Below are positions 58,570 to 64,000 of a stretch of 64,000 nt of DNA, piece by piece. The notes under the pieces were generated by a model. The model worked only from the letters and a program-made list of their open reading frames with translations. It had not been told where the DNA came from and made no database searches. The stretch spans positions 2,893 to 66,892 of the forward strand of contig CAYPIF010000104.1 of assembly GCA_964410735.1 (NCBI GenBank), given 5' to 3'. This DNA is from an uncultured Thermoplasmatales archaeon. GTDB lineage: Archaea > Thermoplasmatota > E2 > DHVEG-1. Each line of letters starts with the position of its first letter. Position 1 is the first letter of the stretch. A program made the translations under genes and the position numbers.

Positions 58570-59013
58570 GTGAAGAATGAAAAAACTATCTTATTGACCC
58601 TTGTTGCATTAATGATTATATCGATCGCAACAATATCAGTAACTGCCCAGGATGAATGGGATTATGATTACGCCTGGGATGAGGATGCAGCAGCCGGATG
58701 GGCATTATTTGGGCTTGGAGCGTTTTGCATACTGCCACTGATATGGTTCATCATTGCGATTGTCATTGCAATTTGGGTATATCGTGATGCAGAAAAACGA
58801 GGGAGTAGCGGAGCATTATGGCTCATCATTGTCATTTTCACAGGCTTGATTGGGCTTATCATTTGGCTTATCGTTCGACCGCCAATTGGTGGAAAAACCG
58901 CTGGTTCAACAGCCGCTACAGGCACCAATGATAGACGTTGTCCGAATTGTGGTAGAGTAATACCCATGGATGCAAACGTGTGTCCCTATTGTGGAAAGGA
59001 TTTTGGTAACTAA
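58570..59013 (+). CDS. membrane protein with acidic ectodomain, YRDAEKRG two-TM hairpin and C-terminal zinc ribbon
   Basis: Signal-like N-terminus, then DEWDYDYAWDEDAAAGW, then IWVYRDAEKRGSSGALWLIIVIF, then CPNCG...CPYCG. Confidence 0.6.
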   Translation: MKNEKTILLTLVALMIISIATISVTAQDEWDYDYAWDEDAAAGWALFGLGAFCILPLIWFIIAIVIAIWVYRDAEKRGSSGALWLIIVIFTGLIGLIIWLIVRPPIGGKTAGSTAATGTNDRRCPNCGRVIPMDANVCPYCGKDFGN

Positions 59014-59045
59014 AATCTTCCACTTTTCTCTCTTTTTTGATTAAT

Positions 59046-59297
59046 ATGTTTGGCCAAGAATGTGATCAATGTCATGAGAAGGTTTTCATTCGAAAACAAT
59101 ACAATGGGTCATATATCTGTTTAGATTGTTTAGATGCTGTACGATTTGGCCATGTGCAACTTGAACAAAGACAGGTCCCGTCCAACCCGATAATTAAAAA
59201 AATTGATTATATTAGCAATCGTAGATGTAGCAGTTGCGGCAGGATAATCCCTGAAGATGCTCGTATCTGCCCATACTGCAGAAGACATTTTTGGTAA
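59046..59297 (+). CDS. double zinc-ribbon protein
   Basis: CDQCH...CLDC and CSSCG...CPYC. Confidence 0.55.
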   Translation: MFGQECDQCHEKVFIRKQYNGSYICLDCLDAVRFGHVQLEQRQVPSNPIIKKIDYISNRRCSSCGRIIPEDARICPYCRRHFW

Positions 59298-59328
59298 AAC
59301 ATAATCATTTTAGTATTATAATAACAAC

Positions 59329-59997
59329 TTACTGTACTGGGGATTGGTTCGATCGTTTACGTTTTTCAAGCTGATTACTTAATGTATCAAGATACGTTCT
59401 TTTGATCACAAAATAAAATATGATACCAATAACAAAAACTGACAGTTGTATATATTGTATTTTCATCAAAAGATTTGCGCCAATAAGTATGAGAACTCCA
59501 TAGATGTAATACTGTATAAGTCTCCCTTTGTATATCCCATATCCTATTAAAAGCCCGGTTAAACCATGCAGGATTATCAGACCTATGGACCCAATGAGAA
59601 TAGTGATATATACATTGATCTCAAGCTCTGATGATAACGAGAGCATTAGGAAAAGAGGGTAGATGGATCCAAAGCCAAGACCAAGGGAAAAACCATAGAA
59701 TATGGTCGATGGTTTCTCATGGTACCTTTTCAGATTCAAAACCGCCGTTTTGATTATTTGTTCGAGAAACGAGAAGATTATTACAAAAAGAACAATTGAA
59801 AACAAATCATTTGGTAACTCGGTCCGTCCTTCAAGCACCACCGTGAGGAAGCCAGCAATGATTCCAATAACAAACATTATGAACATCGTTTTTTCTAAGA
59901 AATATCCCTCAAATCGCTTCAAACCAAAATAAAGAATGATGAGAGCAGGGATGATCCCTATAAATAAACTTGATTGTGGAAGAATTGATGCTGACAT
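59329..59997 (-). CDS. polytopic membrane protein, PrsW-like intramembrane protease (tentative)
   Basis: About seven TM helices. The LEQIIK, LGLGFGS and ILHGLTG motifs loosely match the PrsW EExxK / GFG / H motifs. Confidence 0.4.
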   Translation of the reverse strand: MSASILPQSSLFIGIIPALIILYFGLKRFEGYFLEKTMFIMFVIGIIAGFLTVVLEGRTELPNDLFSIVLFVIIFSFLEQIIKTAVLNLKRYHEKPSTIFYGFSLGLGFGSIYPLFLMLSLSSELEINVYITILIGSIGLIILHGLTGLLIGYGIYKGRLIQYYIYGVLILIGANLLMKIQYIQLSVFVIGIIFYFVIKRTYLDTLSNQLEKRKRSNQSPVQ

Positions 59998-60082
59998 TAT
60001 TTCAGAGGATAGGAAAGACTATATTAAAGCTCATCGATTACCTTTTCTTGTATAGATTAAGTACGGTGAGGTTGTGAAAATT

Positions 60083-60754
60083 ATGTTAAAGACACCAGTG
60101 ATCGTTTTGAATGTTAAGACGTATAGTGAAGCTGTTGGAACAAACGCTGTTTCCCTTGCACAAGCAATGGAGAAAGTTTCTCAGGAAACCGGTGTATCAA
60201 TGGCGATAGCCGTCCAGGCTTCAGATATTTATCTTTGCAGTCAGTCCGTGAAGATACCTGTGTATGCGGAACATATCGACCCGGTAAAGCCCGGGAGTCA
60301 TACCGGTTGGACATTACCTGAAGCGGTGAAGGCAGCTGGTGCTGTTGGTACCTTGATCAATCATAGCGAACATCGGTTGAAGCTCTCTGATATCGATGCT
60401 TGTTTGACACGTGCTAAAGAGGTCTCTCTTGACCAGATCGTTTGTACGAATAATATCATGACCTCAAAGGTCGCTGCGGTACTTAACCCACAGTTCATCG
60501 CTGTTGAACCCCCGGAGCTCATTGGTGGTGATATCTCAGTGACCACTGCTGATCCGGGTATTGTGAGTGGAACGGTTGAAGAAGTCAAAAAGATCAACAA
60601 AAATGCGAAGGTTCTCTGTGGAGCTGGTGTGAAGAACGGAGTGGATGTTAAAAAGGCCCTTGAGCTTGGCGCTGAAGGAGTGCTTCTTGCTAGTGGTGTT
60701 GTCAAAGCAAAGGATAAGATCGAAGTACTTAGGGATCTTGCATCAGGTTGTTAG
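60083..60754 (+). CDS. tpiA: triosephosphate isomerase (archaeal short type)
   Basis: VLNVKTY, INHSEHR, EPPELIGG, and a length of about 223 aa. Confidence 0.9.
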   Translation: MLKTPVIVLNVKTYSEAVGTNAVSLAQAMEKVSQETGVSMAIAVQASDIYLCSQSVKIPVYAEHIDPVKPGSHTGWTLPEAVKAAGAVGTLINHSEHRLKLSDIDACLTRAKEVSLDQIVCTNNIMTSKVAAVLNPQFIAVEPPELIGGDISVTTADPGIVSGTVEEVKKINKNAKVLCGAGVKNGVDVKKALELGAEGVLLASGVVKAKDKIEVLRDLASGC

Positions 60755-60774
60755 ACCCTACTTTTCTCTTTTTT

Positions 60775-61419
60775 TTATTTTCGTAATGAAGTAATTGCTT
60801 TTTGGTAATCAGATTGTTTAAAGATATAACTTCCAGCAACGAGGACATTTGCACCATACCCTGTTAAGATAGCTGCGTTCTTGTCACTGATACCCCCATC
60901 AACCTCGATGAAAATGGACTTACCTGTTCCTTGTACGATATCTGCAGTCTCTTTTATCTTAGGAAGGACCGTTTCGATGAATTTCTGACCACCAAATCCT
61001 GGGAACACGGACATAATCAGTACAAGATCCACTGATGGTATGATGTGTTTTATTGCTTCAACAGGTGTGTCTGGATTAATGGAGACACCTGCTTTGCAAC
61101 CATGTTTCTTGATGAGCGAGATGACTGCTGGAAGATCTTCACAGGTCTCCGCATGAACCGTGATGAGATCAGATCCTGCTTTTGCAAATGCTTCAATGTA
61201 CAGTTCGGGATTCTCGATCATGAGGTGAACATCAAAGAATAATGCGGTAACTGGACGGATATGTTTTACGACAACGGGTCCAATGGTGATATTTGGCACG
61301 AAATGGCCATCCATGACATCAATATGGACCCAGTCGGCACCAGCTTTTTCTATTGCTTTTATCTCTTCACCTAGTTTTGAAAAATCTGCTGAGAGAATGG
61401 AGGGTGCAATTAGGATCAT
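60775..61419 (-). CDS. rpe: ribulose-phosphate 3-epimerase
   Basis: APSILSADF, HIDVMDGHFVPN, GFGGQKF, VDGGI. Confidence 0.92.
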   Translation of the reverse strand: MILIAPSILSADFSKLGEEIKAIEKAGADWVHIDVMDGHFVPNITIGPVVVKHIRPVTALFFDVHLMIENPELYIEAFAKAGSDLITVHAETCEDLPAVISLIKKHGCKAGVSINPDTPVEAIKHIIPSVDLVLIMSVFPGFGGQKFIETVLPKIKETADIVQGTGKSIFIEVDGGISDKNAAILTGYGANVLVAGSYIFKQSDYQKAITSLRK

Positions 61420-61496
61420 ATAGTATCTCTTTTCCGAAATAGTGTTTTTGTTTATAAAAGATGAGGATTTAAAAGGGTGGAGCAGAGGGGGAGGAA

Positions 61497-61652
61497 TTAT
61501 TTTTTGACTTTGCGAATCTTGAACTCCCCATAGTCAACTGGTATAATCTCAATCTTATCACCATCATTGATATCAAACGCTTTCGCGATTTGACTGGGAA
61601 TGGTAACCACGAGGCTGCTTCCCACCACACGGGCTTTTCTTGTTAGAGGCAT
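61497..61652 (-). CDS. AbrB/SpoVT/MazE-family DNA-binding protein (51 aa)
   Basis: Hand translation gives MPLTRKARVVGSSLVVTIPSQIAKAFDINDGDKIEIIPVDYGEFKIRKVKK. Below the ORF-track cutoff. Confidence 0.7.
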   Translation of the reverse strand: MPLTRKARVVGSSLVVTIPSQIAKAFDINDGDKIEIIPVDYGEFKIRKVKK

Positions 61653-61828
61653 GTCCCTCTCCTAGCAAAAGGGTAATGGACTTATGAATATATATATTTT
61701 TCCATTCTTTTAAGAATATACGCTAAAATATTCTAAACCATATCCATATATATCTGATAAAACCAAAGGATACAATAAAAAAAATTATCAATAAAAACCA
61801 TATACCCTAACAGTAAAGTGAGGCTTTT

Positions 61829-62488
61829 ATGAAAATATTCATCGACACAGCAGACCTAAAAGAAATTGAAGAGATCGCAAGCTGGGGCATCCTTGATGGA
61901 GTCACCACAAACCCCACACTTGTAGCAAAAACAGGGCTTAGTTTTGATGAGATCATAGAAAAGATATTCAAACTAGTGGACGGCCCGATAAGCTTAGAAG
62001 TTGTCAGCGAAGACGCAGAAGGAATGGTCAAAGAAGCAAAAGGACTTGTAAAAAAAGTAAAACCAGAATACCAAAAGAACGTTGCGATAAAGATACCAAT
62101 GACCACCGAGGGGCTAAAGGCAGTGAAAATACTTTCAAATGAGAACATCCAGACGAATGTGACCCTTGTCTTTTCCGCCAATCAAGCACTTCTTGCCGCA
62201 AAGGCAGGCGCAAGCTTTGTCAGCCCATTCATCGGAAGGCTCGATGACATCGGTCAAGAAGGAATGCAGATAATAGAAGAAATAATGGAAATCTTTACCA
62301 ACTATGACATACCAACAGAGGTCATTGTCGCAAGCATACGACATCCCATACATGTCATTGAGGCCGCACGGATAGGAGCGGACATCGCAACCATACCACC
62401 AGGGATAATTAGGAAAATGGCAAACCATTCTCTCACCGATGCTGGCATTCAACAATTCCTGAAAGACTGGGAAAAAGTAAAAAAATAG
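61829..62488 (+). CDS. tal: transaldolase (short, fructose-6-phosphate aldolase type)
   Basis: [13 protein letters not shown]...GVTTNPTL and active-site Lys context VAIKIPMT. Confidence 0.92.
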   Translation: MKIFIDTADLKEIEEIASWGILDGVTTNPTLVAKTGLSFDEIIEKIFKLVDGPISLEVVSEDAEGMVKEAKGLVKKVKPEYQKNVAIKIPMTTEGLKAVKILSNENIQTNVTLVFSANQALLAAKAGASFVSPFIGRLDDIGQEGMQIIEEIMEIFTNYDIPTEVIVASIRHPIHVIEAARIGADIATIPPGIIRKMANHSLTDAGIQQFLKDWEKVKK

Positions 62489-62491
62489 AGT

Positions 62492-62776
62492 TTATTTGAC
62501 CTTCCCAAACTCTTTCTTTCTTTCCTTAGTTGTTTTACCAGTTGCATCAAAAAGAAAGTCATTCCATTTCTTTATGATGTTATAATCACCACTTACTTTC
62601 TTTGGTGGAGTGGTATCAATAAACAGCGATGATTTCTCCTGCCGAATCGATATCTTACCAACGGAAGGAACCTCAAAATCCACGCCTTTTGACACGTTAC
62701 CCTCTACACCAAAATAATCGGAAAGAAGCGCGTTAATATCTGGATTATGTCCTCGTTTTATTTTATATTCTCTCAT
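62492..62776 (-). CDS. small conserved hypothetical protein
   Basis: ORF from MREYKIKRG. No family recognised with confidence. Confidence 0.4.
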   Translation of the reverse strand: MREYKIKRGHNPDINALLSDYFGVEGNVSKGVDFEVPSVGKISIRQEKSSLFIDTTPPKKVSGDYNIIKKWNDFLFDATGKTTKERKKEFGKVK

Positions 62777-62814
62777 ATTGACACCCCACAAGCAACAAAT
62801 AAGAACCAATCATA

Positions 62815-63339
62815 TTAATGTTTTGATATGTTTTGTTCTGATGCAAAAAGAACAGCCGCTTCAACAGCATCCTTTGGATTTATCGATACAACATAGGGAC
62901 TTTGTATCATGTTTTGAAACCCGGCATCAAGAAATTTGTCAACAAAACCATCCCCGCCTCTCAGGAACACGATTGGTTTCCCCTGGATCACCGCATTGGT
63001 GATCTCATTGAGCGTTCCCCAACACCCAGACAAGGTGATTACACAGTCTGCAATGGATACAACAAGACTATTCCTCCGTTCACCCATCATAGTCGAAAGA
63101 GGAATATCAACATACGGATTGGCCTCAGACTTACCACCAGGCAAAACACCTATGGTCATCCCACCATTCTCCTTAGCACCCTTACATGCTGCCTCCATCA
63201 CCCCGCCACGACCACCTGTGACAAGGATACAACCATTCAAAGCAACATATCTACCAACAAGTTCCGCTTGTGATAAAACCTTTTTAGATTCAGCTAAAGA
63301 AACATCCCCACTACCACAAACAGCGATACAAAACGTCAT
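62815..63339 (-). CDS. TIGR00725 / LOG-like Rossmann-fold protein
   Basis: VCGSGD...VTGGRGGVMEAACKGAKENGGMTIGVLPG pattern. Confidence 0.8.
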   Translation of the reverse strand: MTFCIAVCGSGDVSLAESKKVLSQAELVGRYVALNGCILVTGGRGGVMEAACKGAKENGGMTIGVLPGGKSEANPYVDIPLSTMMGERRNSLVVSIADCVITLSGCWGTLNEITNAVIQGKPIVFLRGGDGFVDKFLDAGFQNMIQSPYVVSINPKDAVEAAVLFASEQNISKH

Positions 63340-63437
63340 CGAAGGATTTATCTACCAGTTCGTTTTTAACATTTTCTCCCGCAAATCTTATAAATAAAAC
63401 GTGCTTTCACTACTTTCCTATCTCTGGAGTCAAGAGT

Positions 63438-63803
63438 ATGCCGCAGAAGATGAAAAAGACGAATCCAGTCCTCATTCAGCTTATTTCCGAGTTGAAAAAG
63501 CAATCCAATGAACACGATGCACCTATCTGGAAGGACATTGCAAAACGTTTGGAAAAACCTTCAAAGAATTGGGCAGAGGTAAACTTGGATAGAATCAGTA
63601 AATATGTGTTAGATTCAGAAACCGCATTAATCCCTGGAAAAGTTCTCTCAACCGGAGATCTTACCAAAAAGATACCTATCGCTGCCTGGTCTTTCACAGA
63701 AAAGGCACAGGATAAAATAAAGAAAGCAGGTGGAAAGACACTCAGCATTGAAGAACTATTGAAAAAGAATCCCGATGGGAAAAACATACGGATAGTGGGA
63801 TAG
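63438..63803 (+). CDS. rpl18e: 50S ribosomal protein L18e
   Basis: KKTNPVLIQLISELKK...APIWKDIAKRLEKPS. Followed by L13, as in the archaeal rpl18e-rpl13-rps9 cluster. Confidence 0.9.
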   Translation: MPQKMKKTNPVLIQLISELKKQSNEHDAPIWKDIAKRLEKPSKNWAEVNLDRISKYVLDSETALIPGKVLSTGDLTKKIPIAAWSFTEKAQDKIKKAGGKTLSIEELLKKNPDGKNIRIVG

Positions 63804-63807
63804 ACAA

Positions 63808-64000
63808 ATGAAACGAATAATCGATGCGCAAGGCGCAACACTAGGACGATTATGCACCACAGTCGCAAAAAGCCTGTTAAATGGCGATGAGATAGCGATA
63901 GTCAACTCTGAAAAAGCATTGATATCCGGTAAGAAACAACGGACCAAAGAGAACTTCAAACAAAAAAGAGAAATGGGAACATACCGAAAAGGTCCCTTTG
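63808..64000 (+). CDS. rpl13: 50S ribosomal protein L13 (5' part; runs off the window)
   Basis: MKRIIDAQGATLGRLCTTVAKSLLNGDEIAIVNSEKALISG. Confidence 0.85.
   Translation, partial: MKRIIDAQGATLGRLCTTVAKSLLNGDEIAIVNSEKALISGKKQRTKENFKQKREMGTYRKGPF

Noticed and set aside
1-64000. tRNA, rRNA, SRP/RNase P RNA genes and transposase/integrase genes
   Set aside because: Visual scanning found no GC-rich cloverleaf-like islands, no T-loop GGTTCGAATCC-type motifs in intergenic DNA, and no transposase or integrase-like ORFs. A dedicated tRNA or covariance-model scan would be needed to exclude them formally.

Overview
AT-rich archaeal chromosomal segment. Archaeal markers include proteasome alpha, exosome Rrp4/Rrp41/Rrp42, RpoP, L37Ae, L40e, L18e, L13, Pcc1, archaeal-type ProRS and short TIM. 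By eye I saw no rRNA, tRNA or CRISPR array. Core blocks: the proteasome-SBDS-exosome-L37Ae-RpoP superoperon (41.6-45.8 kb); pcc1/purA/OsmC/S2P/SpoU-family/proS/L40e (50.4-56.8 kb); tpiA/rpe/tal/L18e/L13 (60-64 kb). Accessory blocks: two paralogous AAA_14/DUF4143-type ATPases, each preceded by its own phased palindromic operator-like array; a MoxR-DUF58-VWA-Gln-rich-protein operon; a glycerol island (glpK, three-gene G3P dehydrogenase, lipase); secreted papain-like (C1) and gingipain-like (C25) peptidases and very large surface proteins; an adenylate-forming enzyme / transglutaminase-like / NRAMP-like cluster; a run of zinc-ribbon membrane proteins. Most notable observations: (i) several envelope or accessory genes carry in-frame stop codons (nine counted by hand) with the frame otherwise intact, while every housekeeping gene is intact. 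(ii) A diverged two-copy 147-nt intergenic module has an AT-rich TATA-like box, a conserved GC stem and a T-tract; it is a candidate sRNA family, or alternatively an antisense CxxC micro-ORF. (iii) Many micro-ORFs (zinc ribbons, single-TM peptides) fall below the ORF-track cutoff. All family assignments come from motifs read by eye, with no searches run. Lineage cannot be fixed from this window.
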